Source of the DNA: Sphyrna mokarran
Taxonomy: Eukaryota
NCBI GenBank assembly: GCA_024679065.1
Contig: JAGIQG010000014.1
Coordinates: forward strand, 48,918,001-48,982,000
Direction: 5' to 3'
DNA: 64,000 nt
The notes under the pieces are model-generated. The model was not told the origin of the DNA. It did no database searches and saw only the letters and a program-made list of their open reading frames with translations. The position numbers were made by a program, and so were the translations under genes. Positions within the stretch are counted from its first letter, which is position 1. Each line of letters begins with the position of its first letter. Shown piece after piece: positions 1 to 13,815 of the stretch.

Positions 1-1463
1 TCCTAGCCTTTTCTGATTTATTCTTTGTTGTCCCATGCTGTTATATCCTTTTGTGAAAGATCAGAACTGTGCACGGTTCCACAGGTGTGATCTAACCAAG
101 ATTTGATCTTTTTAACAATTGAAATTCTAAAGTTGCATCTTTCTAAGAAATGGTCCCCAGTGTTTGATTTGCTTTGAGAAATTAGTTTAAAGATGTTTTT
201 GCATACAAAGGTTTATGAAGAGAATTTTTTTAAAGTGGAATACTCCTCTTGCAAATTGTCCTTGGTGTATGGTTGCAGAATGCATTGTGGAGCAGATTAC
301 ATAATTGAAAAAGTGAAATAAATCCATTACTAACCTGTTTCTATAGTTAAAAATATTTGTAAAGTGAATTATGGATGTGGTCTTGTCTGCTCTATTCTAA
401 TGTATTCAAATAAATAATGAAGTAAGAAAAGGGTTCATCGTTGAAGAGAAAGTAGGCAGAAAAGTCAGCTTTTAAACATGTAATGCTTATTGTGTAGCTT
501 GATGAAGCTTTGAAAAATTTAATTGTTCTGATCTTGAATTATCTTTACTTAATGACCAATCATTAATTTGATTATATTAATTGCACATGTTCAGTTTGGT
601 AATCTGCTCCAATGGGGAAAAAATAAGATTTGCTATTGCTAAGAAAATGAATTTTGTTTCCAGAAGAATCCACAAGTTCCAATTAACCCAATTAATAGTG
701 GCACACGTAGGTTTCTGAACTGTCCTTGATTTTGGATTTTGTTTCAAAGGTTAAACAAAAACTTAATCTAGTATCCCTGCATCCTATGTTCAGCACAACT
801 GTTTTATTTAACATGTTTGGCCTGCACCTGACTCAATAATGGCACAAGAGTTTGAGTGAGAAAGTATTCGAGGTAAGAATTATCTATTCAATGCAATAGA
901 ACTGTTTTCAAAAGTTCTGAGCAATATGATAGACAGTCATTATGGTGAAAGGGATGATGGTACAAAGCAAAAGGCGATGGTAATTGAACAAGTGAAGAAA
1001 CAAAATTGAATTGGAGTTATATATTCAAAAAGCAGAATCAACAGTTATTCCCCCCAAAAAATGTGGTCAGAGGTTCAGTATTCAATAAAATCATAGATGT
1101 TGTGTGAAGGATCTAATTGAAAGACCACATGAGCAATGAATACATTAGGTAGAAGGGACCAGACAATTGGAAGGGCGGAAATAAAAGGCAAGTGATTTCC
1201 ATCAGATATGGAAATTGGAGGATTGCTGGGATAATTGTGAGGGGAGGCTATTTGATAGTTAAACCATGTTGACTGGGATGGAGTATAATCCATTCGACAT
1301 TGTGACCCATTGGGTGAATCGGAGTTCAGAAGAATCCTTTTGTGGATCTTGGAAAAGAAAGGATGAACAGAAGTGTAGAAAATGAAGTAGTTATGGTTCC
1401 TATCAAACGTGTTGAGTCTTTAGTTGAGGAAAAGGGGGAACAGGAATGAATGTGTTATTGTAT

Positions 1464-2225
1464 TTGATCTGATTATTATTCACTTGTATTGAGATGCAGT
1501 AAAATATTGTTTCTTGCATGCTATACAGACAAAACAGTATATGGGGAAGTGAAGGTGCTGAATAAGTTCATCATAACTAGGGTGTACAGAAATCTCAGCT
1601 TAATATATGGTAGGTCTTTTCAAAAGTCTGATGGCAGCAGGGAAGAAGCTGTTATTGAGTTGTTTGGTACACGATCCTAGACTTTATATCTTTTTTTCCT
1701 GATGGAAGAAGATGGGAAAAATATCTGGGATGTAGAGTCCTTTAATTATGCCAGCTGCTTTTCTCAGGCACTGTAGACCAAGTCAATGAATGGGAGGCTG
1801 ATTTGTGTGATGAACTGGGCTTCGTTCACAACTTAGCTCCTTGTGGTTTTGCTCAGAGGAGAAGCCATATCAAGCTGGAAAGAATGTTTTTCTAATGATG
1901 CAGCTGTAAAAGTCGTGGACATGCTTTCTTGGCCACCTGAGAAAGTAGAGATGTTGCTGGGCTTTCTTAATTATAGTGTCATTGTGGAGAGACCAGGACA
2001 CACTGCTCTGGACATGTAGAAACTTGAAACTGCCAACATTTCCACTTCATTACTATTGATGTAGAGAAGAGGCATATTCTCCACTATGCTTCCTGATGTC
2101 AATAACTATCTCCTTTGTTTTATTGACATTGAGGGAGATTATCGTCATTGTACCAATAGCCTCTATCTCTTTTCTGCACTCTGTCTTGTCGTTGTTTGAG
2201 ATCCGACCCACAATGGTGGTATTAT
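1464..2225 (-). mobile_element. Rex1/Babar-type LINE, 3' portion, degenerate
   Basis: Minus ORF 2053-2259 reads TTIVGRISNNDKTECRKEIE...ISLNVNKTKEIVIDIRK, the post-FADD segment of Rex/Babar RT. Related 3' end recurs at 45110-45455. Confidence 0.7.
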
Positions 2226-2589
2226 TGACCTTGAGAAGGTGAGAGGGCATGGGATCCAAGGGGCTTTGGCCATGTGGATCCAGAACTGGCTTGCCTGCAG
2301 AAGGCAGAGAATAGTTGTGGATGGGTCTTCTGCATGGAGGTCAGACCTTTCATAAAAACTGAAAAGTTTGATTAAATATAGAGGTGTAAGGCTGAGGAGG
2401 AGACCTTTGGTTAGGGAGGGCAGAAGCAATTAAATGGCACCAGGTTTTATGATGCAAGGCCAAAGGGTGTCATAATGGGACAAATATGACGAGATGCCAA
2501 GGATGCGAAATGAATGGCGGGACCTGTAAAAGCTGATGTTGAAAAGCTAACCGTAAAGGAAAAGGGAAAATCTAACAAAGGTTATGATT

Positions 2590-3680
2590 TTAAAATTGTA
2601 GAATGGAATTCCAAAAGACTGAAGTGCCCTGTTGCGACAAGGTTGTTTCTCAAGCCTATGTTGAGCTCTGTTGGAACACAGCAGACTTGAGGTCAGTATT
2701 GAAATAAAATAGAGAATTAAAATGATATCACCGGAAGATCAGGAATCACATTTGTCAATGAATGGAGGTGTTCTGCCAAGTGATCACCAAAATCTCCCAA
2801 TGTAGAGGAAGATAGTGAGCTACCGATACATGATACTAAATTGAAAGGTACAAGTAAATTTCTGTTTTATCTGGAAGGAGTATTTTGGAACCATGGTTAA
2901 TGAGAAGGTGGATGGGTAAAAGGGCAGGTGCTACATCTGCTTGTATGGCAAGGTACAGGAGGAAAGAGGGAGGGAATTTATAAAGTATAATTGGACTATG
3001 GTGTTATGGAGATAATGGTCTCTTGAACAGTGGAAGGAAAGATGTTTGGTCTCAAGCTGCAAATTGCAGTGGATCCACTGAATGTGGAGGCTGGTGAGAG
3101 AGAAGGTGATGACAAGGTGAACCCAGTCATGGTTTTGGGAGGAAGGTGGGCTGAGAACAGTGTTTTGTGGAATGGGTACAGTACTGTCAACTACAATGCG
3201 CAAAGTGTTTTTAGTGGATACTAGGCTAAAAAGCCTAGTATCTGAGAGGTTATGTTGCCCATTCATATAATCATGGAAACTAGAAGAATGGGATAGTCCT
3301 TGTAGGATACAGAATGTGAGTAGTAATCGGGTAGCTGAGTTGATAGGCATGAAATGAACATTACTTGACTACTTCATTTCTGAAGAATAGGTAAAGGAAG
3401 AGAGGAGTTGAAGATGTCACCATTTTTGAAGGTACGAGAAGGTAGAAGTTGGTGACATTTTCCACTTCGCACTCCTATCTGTGGTGATCAAGATGCTCCT
3501 CCTACAACACTTTGTTTCAGTACTACTGATACAAAAAAAATGTTCTGTACGTCCCACAATGGCAGTCGCAGCCTAGGCCCATGCAGGTATCCATAACAGT
3601 GATTTTATTTGGACGGTGAAATGAAAACCAGTTCAGCCAGTAAGAGAAAGGAGCTGGTGGATGGTTTTCTGTTGAGCCTT
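2590..3680 (-). mobile_element. Penelope-like element fragment (RT end to GIY-YIG region), degenerate
   Basis: Minus peptides MDTCMGLGCDC (cf. MGTxMGPSYAC RT motif) and SQNHDWVHLVITF (cf. DRVPLVLTF linker). Confidence 0.6.
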
Positions 3681-3682
3681 GG

Positions 3683-4125
3683 AAGAACAAAGAAAAGTAC
3701 AGCACAGTAATAGACCCTTTGGGTGTCCAAGCTTATGCCAATCTTAATGCCCTAACTAAATGAAAAATCACACTTGCCTTTGGCCCACATCCCCCTCTTC
3801 CCTCCTCATTCATTACCAATCCATATTCTCTTAAGTGTTGCAAATATGTCCATCTTGTAATTGACCCGATATCTTGTAATTCCAAGCTCTTGTAATTGAC
3901 ACATCCACCCTAGGAAAAAGTCTCTGATTATCCACTCTGTCAGTGCCCCTCATAATTCTGTAGCCCTCTATCAGATTACTCCTCCACCTCTGTTTTTCCA
4001 TGAAAAAAATCCTAGTTTATTCAACCTCTGTTGTTGTCAACACCCTTGAGACCAAATAACATGTTGGTAAATAATCTTTGCACTTTCTCAAAAGCTTCCA
4101 CATCCTTAGATATAGAATAAGCATA
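3683..4125 (-). mobile_element. CR1 LINE 3' fragment
   Basis: Reverse complement of the CR1 ORF2 C-terminus plus 3' tail (gaacaaagaaaagtacagcacag at the left end). Confidence 0.7.
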
Positions 4126-4149
4126 ATGGGTGGAAAGTACTGTGGAAAA

Positions 4150-6725
4150 CTTGTTGGATTAAAATGCAAGAGGAGTGGTAGGTAGGTTGATAAACTCAGG
4201 ACGTGGATAGGTATGTGGGACTGGGATATTATAGCCATAACCGAAACATGGCGAAGGAAAGGAGAGGACTGGTAGCTTAATCTAACATACAGGTGCTTTA
4301 GTTGGGGTAGAGGAATGGGAGTTTGTATTCTTGATTGAAGGGACATTACAGTAGTAGTAACAGTGAAATAACTGAGGGGTCATATCATCCAACGAGGCTT
4401 TGTGGGTGGAATTAAAAAATAAGAGGATAATGCTGTTTTTGGGGTTGTACTGTATGCTGCCAAATAGTCAACAAGAATTAAAGGACAAATATGCAGGGGA
4501 TGGGGAGACTTGCAGGAGTAATAAGGTTGTCAATGTTGGTGATTTTAAGTTCCCTAACAGATTGGGACTGCCATGGTGTTAAGGGCTTAGATGAGGTGGA
4601 ATTTGTGTGTTCAGGAAAGTTTCCTCAGGCAGTATGGACAGTGCCCTACTTGGAAAGGGCTGAACTTGCCCTACTGTTGGGAAATAGGGCAGGGCAAGTG
4701 ACAGAGGTGACGTTGGGGTCCACTTTGGGACCTGTGACCATAGTTACATTAATTTTAAAATAGTTACGGAAATGAACAAAACTGATCCACTAGGGCAAGA
4801 TGAATTTTGATGGAATTAGGCAGAAGCTTGCAAGAGTTGGCAGGAGTAGCTTGTTGGACAAGGTTGGGAGGCCTTCAAAAGTGAAATAGCTGGAGTTCGG
4901 GGTCTATGTCCCTGTTGGAGTGAGGCACAAGGCTGGCAGGATTAGGGAACCCTGAATGACAAAACCTTGAGATTTTAGCCAGGAGGAAAGAGGCATGGCT
5001 CAGATATACAGGGATTACAGGACTATATGCAAGGGAAATTAGGAGGGCAAAAATAGGGTATGAAGTAGCTTTGATTGAGATGATATTAAGGTGAATCCAA
5101 AGGAATTCTTTAAGTATATTAAAGGAAAAAAATAACGAGAGAATAAGACCCTTCAAAGACCAAATGGACGTGTGTGGATCCACAAGATGGGTGAAGTTCT
5201 TGATGAATATTTCTCCTGTTTACTATGGGGAAAGACATGAAGACTTGGGAACCTGGGAAAGTTGGTGGTGATATATTGGTGAGAATTCTTATTATAGTAG
5301 AGGAGGTGATGGACATATTAAAAAGTATATGTGGATAAATCTCCTGGCCCTGACCAAATATATCCAAGAACATGGTGTGAGGCTAGAGAAAAAATTCCAG
5401 GAGCCCTGGCTGAGATGTTTGCTATGGGTGAGGTACCATAAGACTGGAGGGTAGCAAATATTGTGTCCTTATTTAAAAAGGGCTGCAAAGAAAAACCTGG
5501 AAAATATAGACTGGTAAGCCTAATATCTGTCTGTGGTTACTAGGGGATTGTGAAGGATAAGTACGAGCATTGGAAAAGACAAGGTTTGATTAGGAATAGT
5601 CAGCATGGTTTTGTGTATGGGAGATCATGCCTTATAAATTTTGTTATAGTTGTTTGAAGTGACCAGGAAGGTTGTTGAGGGCAGGGCGATAGATATAACC
5701 TATCTGGACTTCAGTAACACCTTTGATAAAGTTTCACATGGTAGGCTGCTCTGGAAGGTTAGAGCATGTGGAATCCAGGAGGAGCTGGCAAATTGGATAT
5801 ACAATTGGCTTTATGGTAAGAAGCAGAGGGTAATGGTGGAAGGATGTTTGTTGGATTGGAGGCCTGTGACTAGGAGTCAGTGCCCATTGCTGTTGACAAT
5901 GTACAAGACATGATCAGTAAGTTTGCAGATGACACTAAAATAAGTGGTATTGCAGACCATGAAGGTTATCACAAATTGCAGCAGGATTTTGAGCAGCTGC
6001 GTAGATGGACAGAGAAATGGCAAATGGAGTTTAATATAGCTAAGTAAGGTGTTACATTTAGGAAAGTCTTACTTTCATTTGACTTTCAGGTGAACGGTAG
6101 GACCTTGGGGTATCCTGGAACCAAAGGACCTTGGAGTTTCAAGTGCGCTGTTCTCTGAAGGTGGAGTTACAGGTAGGGCACTGAAGAAGGCTAATGGTAT
6201 GCTGGCCTTCATCAGTCAGGGCACTGAGTGTAAAAGTTGTTTGGTACTTTTCCAGTGTTTGTGTGGCTGCATCTGGAATATTGTGCTTTGCTATAGGAGA
6301 GTGTGTAGAAGAGACTGACAAGGATGTTGCCAGGATTCTAGAGACTTAAGTTGTAGGAGACATTGGCAGGCTAGGACTCCTTTGAAATGTAGGAAACTGA
6401 GAGGAGATCTTATAAAGGTGGATTGGGTGAATGCAATGTCTTTTTCCTAGCATTGAGGAATTGAGAACTAGAAGACATAGGTTCAAAAGAGGAAAGAATT
6501 AATGAGAATCTGAAGAGCAACTTTTTTTTGTGTAAATGTGGAATGAGCTGCTGGAGGAAGTGGTTGAGGCAGGGACACTGACATTTAAAAGACATTTAGA
6601 TGGATAAGAGAGGCTTAGATGGAAATGGGCCAAATGCAGGCAAATGGGATTAATTTAGATGGGCATTTTAATCAGCATGGACCAGTTTGGGCTGAAAGGC
6701 CTGTCTCCATGCCATAACTCTATGA
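4150..6725 (+). mobile_element. CR1 LINE, endonuclease through 3' end, many stops and frameshifts
   Basis: WDWDIIAITETW (APE endonuclease), GDFKFP, YLDFSNTFDKVSHGRLLWKV (RT), tttgcagatgacact (FADDT), CR1 3' stem at ~6690-6720. Confidence 0.9.
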
Positions 6726-6727
6726 TC

Positions 6728-7685
6728 CTTCTGATGATGTGGTGGCCAGAACAGCGCACACTACTCCAAATGTGGCCTAAGCCAAGATTTTATGGGGCTA
6801 CAACATGATTTCCCAACTCTTGCACTCAATGCCCCCAACTGATGAAGGCAAGCATGGCATATGATGCCTTAATTACCTTGGCCACCTGCGTTGCCACTTT
6901 TGGGAACTGTGGACCTGCACACCCAGATCTGTTTAATAATCGTCCTTGGGGTTCTGCTATTTGGAGCATAATTAAAACCTAATTTTGAACCCCAAATGCA
7001 TCACCTTGCATTTGTCTGAATTAAATTCCACCTGCCCTATCTATTCTCTGACAATCCTCATCACTATCTGCAAGTCCACCAATCTCATCTGCACATTTAC
7101 TACTCAGACTACCCACATTTTTCTCCAGATCATTTATATTGTGTACAACAGAGGACACAGCACTGATCCCTGTGGAACACCATTAGCTATAGATCTCCAT
7201 TCTGAAAAACGTTCTTCCAACCTTACTGTCTTTGATAACCAAGTAAGAAGTCTCTCAACACCAGGTTAAAGTCCAATAGGTTTATTTGGTAGCACAAGCT
7301 ACTAACTTTCAGAGCACTGCTCCTTTATCAGGTAAGTGAGAGTTTTGTTCACAGGGCATATATCTCAGAACACAACTCCCACTTACCTGATGAAGGAGCA
7401 GTGCTCTGAAAGCTATTGGCTTGTGCTACCAAATAAACCTGTTGGAATTTAACCTGCTGTTGAGACTTTACTATGTTTGTTCCAGTCCAGCACCTCCACA
7501 TGTTATAAGCAAGCCAGTTCTACTATCCATCTAGTCAGTCCATCCCAAATCCCAAGTGATTTCAATTTTTGTACATCTGCCACATGGGACATTGTCAAAC
7601 ACCCTACTAAAGTCCATATAAACTATTATCCACAGCCCTTCCCTCATCAATTATCTATGTCATCTTTTCAAAAAGAAATAGAGCT
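6728..7685 (-). mobile_element. CR1 LINE RT fragment, interrupted by a Penelope element
   Basis: Antisense of GVPQGSVL (cagcactgatccctgtggaacacc) and adjacent RT sequence. Confidence 0.75.
7243..7502. mobile_element. Non-coding palindromic Penelope element (inverted pseudo-LTR pair)
   Basis: 7243-7340 and 7375-7472 are reverse complements. Same termini as the coding element at 62157-63362. CTGATGA at 7387 and GAAA at 7408. Confidence 0.8.
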
Positions 7686-8589
7686 TTGACCACTAGTGAG
7701 GGTTTGGTATAAAATGATTGGATGTCCTAGAATGAACAGGTGGTTATCAGAGTCAAAGTTATGTAGGAGGACAATGAAGAGCAATGGAGGTAGATGCAAA
7801 GAGAGTGAACAATGGCTGTAAAATAGTCATATGAAATCTATTCTGTAGGAGCACAGGATAACTGGGAAGGAGGTAGAAGAAGGATTGAGGTAAAGTTTGG
7901 AAGCTGGAGGATTTTTTTGAGACCAGTTGACATTCTTAGGAATGATTAGGTGGATCAGGAAAATGTTTCAGAGCTTTGGTATTTAGAGGTCAGTGTGCCA
8001 GGCAACAAGTCAGCAGGTTTGATAACTGTTGGGAGAAAGTTTGGGGGGAGAGATGTGGAAATTAAGATGACAGGTATTGTACTGACAGGCCAGAGGGTGC
8101 AAACTGGAGATGGGTAAAATGACCTGCTGAACATAGGGGGAAGACTCCTGTCCAAAGAAATTAGCTTGGTGTCAGGACCAGCTTGAATTTAATTTATAAG
8201 GGTATCTAAGCAAAGATCTGATTGCTCGGTTTAAGGGGAAAATTGAAGGCGACAATGCAAGAAGTGACATTTGAAGGGATGGATTCAATGGAACGAAGGA
8301 TCTGGAGGGTGTTTTGTTTTGGAGTTTGCAATTCTTTGCATGTGAAAGGATAAACTATTTTGTTTAAAATGTCATGGAAGGGATCAAATCAAACTCTGGA
8401 CCAGGATTGTTTTGAGATGGACTCTATCAGAAGGATTGTATGCAAAATGACACATGGTGTGGCATGTGAATGTTGGGATTTGCTGAGACCAATGCTTCAA
8501 GGAATACTGAAGTACTCTGAGATATCCACCCAAATTTCCAGGTTCTGAAAAAATGTGGAATTTAAGTTGGGATCCATGTATATAGTATA

Positions 8590-8654
8590 TAGTCCAATAC
8601 TATATTGGACTACAGTAGTCCAATATACTAGCCTGTATATTGGAACAGGCTAGT
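8590..8654. repeat. Cluster of overlapping short palindromes
   Basis: tagtccaata-cta-tattggacta; tatattggactac-a-gtagtccaatata; actagcctgt-atattgga-acaggctagt. Confidence 0.85.
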
Positions 8655-8670
8655 TTTATTTGAACCTCCA

Positions 8671-8997
8671 GGTAGCACAGTGATTAGCACAGCTGCATCA
8701 CAACATCAGGGACCTCAGTTTGATTCCAGCCTTGAGTGACTGGAGTTGCATGTTCTCTATCTGCATGGGTTTCCTTTGGGTGTTGCAAGCATCCTCCAAC
8801 AGCCCAAAGATGTGTAGGTTAGGTGAATTGGCCATGCTAAATTGCCCCATAATGTCCCAAGATGTAGCAGTTAAGGGGAGAGGGAATCAGTGGAGACAAT
8901 GCATGGGACTACAGGGTGGGGAGGGGTTGGAAGCATGCCCTGGAGTCACTGCAGCCTCAATGGGCTGAATGGCCTTCTGCACTGTAAGGATAATTCT
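8671..8997 (+). mobile_element. HE1-type V-SINE
   Basis: tRNA-like head (ggtagcacagtgattagcac...gtttgattcc), V-domain (ctgcatgggtttcctttgggtg...ccaaagatgtg), CR1-derived tail (atgggctgaatggccttctgcactgta). Confidence 0.85.
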
Positions 8998-9166
8998 CTT
9001 GCATAACATGGCTATTTTGAAACATTGTCCTTCACGTTGACCCAAGAAAGATGCTTGCAGTCAGAGGTGCTAATTGACAAATTACAAAAAATAAGAAACT
9101 TGTGCAAGTAGCCCAGACAGTTTTTGTTGTTTTATTGAAGCTGTGGTATATGCTGGAGTGGGTGGT

Positions 9167-9360
9167 TGATGGAGCTACATTCTGGCCTTCTGCCATGGGA
9201 CTGCATTCGGGGTTTGGCTCCATGAGGCAGTAGGCTAGGTTGGGCAGCTCGCTCCCTCCATAGGGCTGCACTCAGGGCCGCCCTGCTCACCCCCCACCCT
9301 CCTCCTCCATTCTGGGTTGCTCCCACCATGGAGCTGCACTCTGGGTTGCTCCCTCCATCT
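9167..9360. repeat. Degenerate ~27-bp tandem repeat upstream of the hnRNP A0 promoter
   Basis: Units resembling ccatggagctgcactctgggttgctccc recur about 5-6 times with divergence. Confidence 0.55.
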
Positions 9361-9440
9361 CTCTGGAGGACAATGGAAGCGACAAGGCTCCTGAACTGCA
9401 GCACAGAATGGGGCTGGCGTTACCTAGCAGCCAGCCCCTG

Positions 9441-10536
<1,096 letters not shown>

Positions 10537-10553
10537 CATGCGCATGAATTTAA

Positions 10554-10649
10554 TGTGTAAGGGGGAAATATTTGATTTGTACACATGGCTCAAGCTAAAA
10601 GTGAATTGTGTGTAAACTGTGTAAGGGGGACGTATTTGATATGTACACA
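10554..10649 (+). repeat. 32-bp direct repeat pair in the 3' UTR
   Basis: tgtgtaagggggaaatatttgatttgtacaca (10554-10585) and tgtgtaagggggacgtatttgatatgtacaca (10618-10649), 3 mismatches. Confidence 0.9.
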
Positions 10650-10710
10650 AGTAGCTGTAAAGCTACGTAATGTATTCATCTAATCAAGGATAATTGTATA
10701 CTTTTTTCAC

Positions 10711-10716
10711 AATAAA
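10711..10716 (+). terminator. Polyadenylation signal of hnRNP A0
   Basis: AATAAA about 175 nt after the stop codon, with several upstream TGTA (CFIm-type) motifs. Confidence 0.7.
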
Positions 10717-11399
10717 AAAAATTCAGTTTACAGTCTGTCCAGTTAACTTGTAAGTCTGAAATTACTTATTAGGAGCATGAACATTTTAACCATCTGGGAA
10801 ATTAGCAAATGACTACATTCATTTTAAGCCTTGGAAAAAGGCTTTACACAACCACTTTTTAATATACTCTTGATAAATTTTGAGGCTGAACAGTTTTAAG
10901 ATCCTGCATCTAAGGTCTAATTTGAACCCATTTATTTTTGTATTGATATGGCTGGAGTTTTGAAGTTAAAGTATAAAGATTCGGTCAAAGACTGACAACA
11001 GAAAAGAAGCAGTAATTGTTCACATTTAAGCATTTTTTTTAAAGTTATAAAAACACATGCAGAGTAACATTTTCATTGGGAGAGATCCCAAGTACATGAA
11101 ATTTGAGAGTCAACTTATTATTTATGACCATGAATATTCAGTCTTCAACACAATTTTTAAAAGTGTATTTGAGTACCAGTCATATTCTGGATGTTACTTT
11201 CTGTCACTGAGCATTCTGGAAGTAATTCACATGGATGACATCGAACACAAGGAAATTTGAATTTGTGTGTGCTTTTGTTCTACTATAGAGAGTCTGGAGT
11301 TCTGAGTTTTTTTGTTACCTATTGGGAATACTAGCTGAGTTAGATTTCCCATTGTCTTTGTCACAATTTTAATTTGAGTCTCCTAACATTGTACAAATT

Positions 11400-11790
11400 A
11401 GGAGTAGGTTCTGTATTTAGTAGTTGATCTTCCTGAACTTCACTCTTCCACCTGTGACTTGTAATCTGTTGATCCCTTAGTAGCACCAAAGAGCTACTGA
11501 TTTCAGCCCTAAATAATGATGCATCCAAATGCCTCTGCAAAGAAAATTTCAAAGATTCACAACCATTTAAAGAAATTTTTCTCCTTGCTACTTGATACCT
11601 TCTGAGATTTTTACCTAACATAATAATCTATCTATCCCTTCAAAATCCTGTGCTTAAATAAGATCGCATCTTATTCTTCTGAACCCCAGAGAATATAGGT
11701 CCAATTTACTTTGCCTGTAATCCATAAGAACATAGACTCATTTGAGGAATGAATCTCATTGACCTTGGAGTGTCTGGAGCCTCCAAGTTA
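11400..11790 (-). mobile_element. Old CR1 3' fragment
   Basis: Antisense of the CR1 ORF2 C-terminal region and tail. Confidence 0.6.
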
Positions 11791-11906
11791 TATGTGGTCT
11801 GCAACTAAAGCTAAAATGCAATCTCTTACGATGAGCATTACTGTTTAGATTATCATTCCAGTACAAGAGTTGGTACTTTAAGTAACAGTCTGATGGAATT
11901 CTGTAC

Positions 11907-11949
11907 CTGATAGGTTAGGTTCTTGGGGCCCAAGAACCTAACCTATCAG
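11907..11949. repeat. Perfect palindrome, 21-bp arms, 1-nt spacer
   Basis: ctgataggttaggttcttggg-g-cccaagaacctaacctatcag. Confidence 0.95.
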
Positions 11950-12684
11950 ACAAGAATAGGATCATTGAGCTCTGGTTAATCAATCTCGAGGCAAGTACCC
12001 TACTGACTCAACTTACTACTGTAATGAGACTGTCAATTGGAGTAGCTGTCTAGTGAGACTTGTAACTAATTCAAGGGCTTTATCTGTATGTCCTGTGCAT
12101 GTTTTTCTTTGAAGTAAACAACCCCAAGGGGGAAAAGAAATGTTCTCAAGCTATCAAAAACATCTTGCAGATAGCGAACTCCACCAGTTCTGATTATATG
12201 GCAAACAGCATTGCTCAGCAAAGATGGAGGTGTTTTACAAAAGGAAATATCAGGACAACATGTGTACAGTTAGCTCTTGTAAACGTTGTTACATCGCACA
12301 CAACAGTTGGACCTACTGCTTGTACTTCACTGATTATTTTCTTGCATATTCGCTATCTTAGTACTTTCACCCAATTAAGTTCTTTGCACCCTAAGTTAGC
12401 CCACCTCTTGCTACCATTGTCCCTTCCCTACCCTTATTCCTCCTGGACTGACTCAATTCTTCTTTCTACTACAGATTGGGCATTCACCACAGTAGCTCTT
12501 GGTGCAAGCTCAATTCAAGCTTACCATCCTAATTAATCCTAGAAAAATCTAACTGATTTGCACCTTGGTTCACTACTGATTCTTGCACCTCTCAGATCAT
12601 AGCATATGTGTGAAAATCCTATAGTGGCTTTTGCTCTTCATTTTGTAAGATGGTTTACTTCTCCCATTTCACCTTTAAAAAAAA

Positions 12685-13331
12685 TTGCATTTATATAGCA
12701 CCTTTCATAACCTTACATCCAATTTAACATAAAAGTATTCACTTGAAATGAAGGAAAGGTAACAGCCAATTGTGGCAGAGCACAACTACACAAGTGACCA
12801 GGTAATATAAATTCAATTAAATCTTCTAGCTTTATTTGGGGGGGGTGGGGGAGGGAACAACTTGCATTGTGGCAAAGGACTGAATTGACGCAATTTATTT
12901 GATTCATTATTCCAATTTAAAAAGCTAAAAGCTGCCAGGTTGTCATTAAAAATCCATCTGGTTTGTTAATTCCCTTTTTAGGGAAGAAAATCTGTCACCG
13001 TTGCCCAGTCTCAAATGTGAGTACAAACAAAGCAATGTGGTTGATTCTTAACTGCCTTCTGAAATGGCCTTGCAAAGTACTCTGTTGTATTAAGGCAATA
13101 ACGCATCACTTTTTTTGAGTAGAATTGAAAATGGCAATAAATGTTCACCTTCTCAGTGGATCTGCTTCCTGTGAATACATTAAAATGGATGGAAGAGAGC
13201 CTCAATATATCATCTCATCCAAAAGACTACAACTCCAGCAGTACTGAGCTGGTATCAATCTCAATTTTGTATTCCAAGTCTCGAGGGTGGGATTTAAAAT
13301 GATAACCTCCTGACATTCAGGTGAGAGTGCT
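12685..13331 (-). mobile_element. Deu-domain SINE remnant with a nested + strand tRNA-SINE fragment (~12925-13190)
   Basis: ttgcatttatatagcacctttc tail and a head matching the + copy at 25945-26300; nested piece matches the SINE at 18174-18545. Confidence 0.55.
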
Positions 13332-13574
13332 CTCTCTTGTTCATGATTCATTGCAGGCATTATATGGCTTTTGTTCATGTGTTGTCTCCAATATATCTCT
13401 GGATCCACCTTTTTCATAGCTGCATGCTACCTTTTGGTATTTTCCACAGGACCACAGTTTCCAACTATATGCTTATGATGTCCCACAGTCTTGCAGTCAT
13501 CTTCATTTGCTGAAGGTTTTGGTCATACACTCATCCTGATCTCAAAATTCCAAGTTCACTTAATAGCTAGTCCT

Positions 13575-13815
13575 TTTATTTTGTTGGATATGCATGTCAC
13601 TAGCAAGGTAGGCCATTTAAGAGTCAACATGTGGGCCAGGTGATTTCTTTCCCTAAAAGGAGATGAGTAAATTAGATGATTCACACTTTTACTGGGGTCA
13701 GCTTTATATTCCTAATTTATTTATTGCTATGATGGGATTTGAATCCATGATTCCAAATCATTAGCTCTAGATCACTAACCATTGACTTTACCACTACATC
13801 ACCACTATCTCTCTC
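13575..13815 (-). mobile_element. tRNA-derived SINE (L2-like tail family)
   Basis: Antisense match to the 18174-18545 copy (gggatttgaatcc, ttaccactacatcacc). Confidence 0.6.

Noticed and set aside
8671-8740. tRNA genes
   Set aside because: A/B-box sequences here and elsewhere are SINE heads continuing into SINE bodies; no cloverleaf.
12099-12536. 145-aa ORF as a standalone gene
   Set aside because: No recognisable domain, promoter or homology; kept only as a weak exon candidate.
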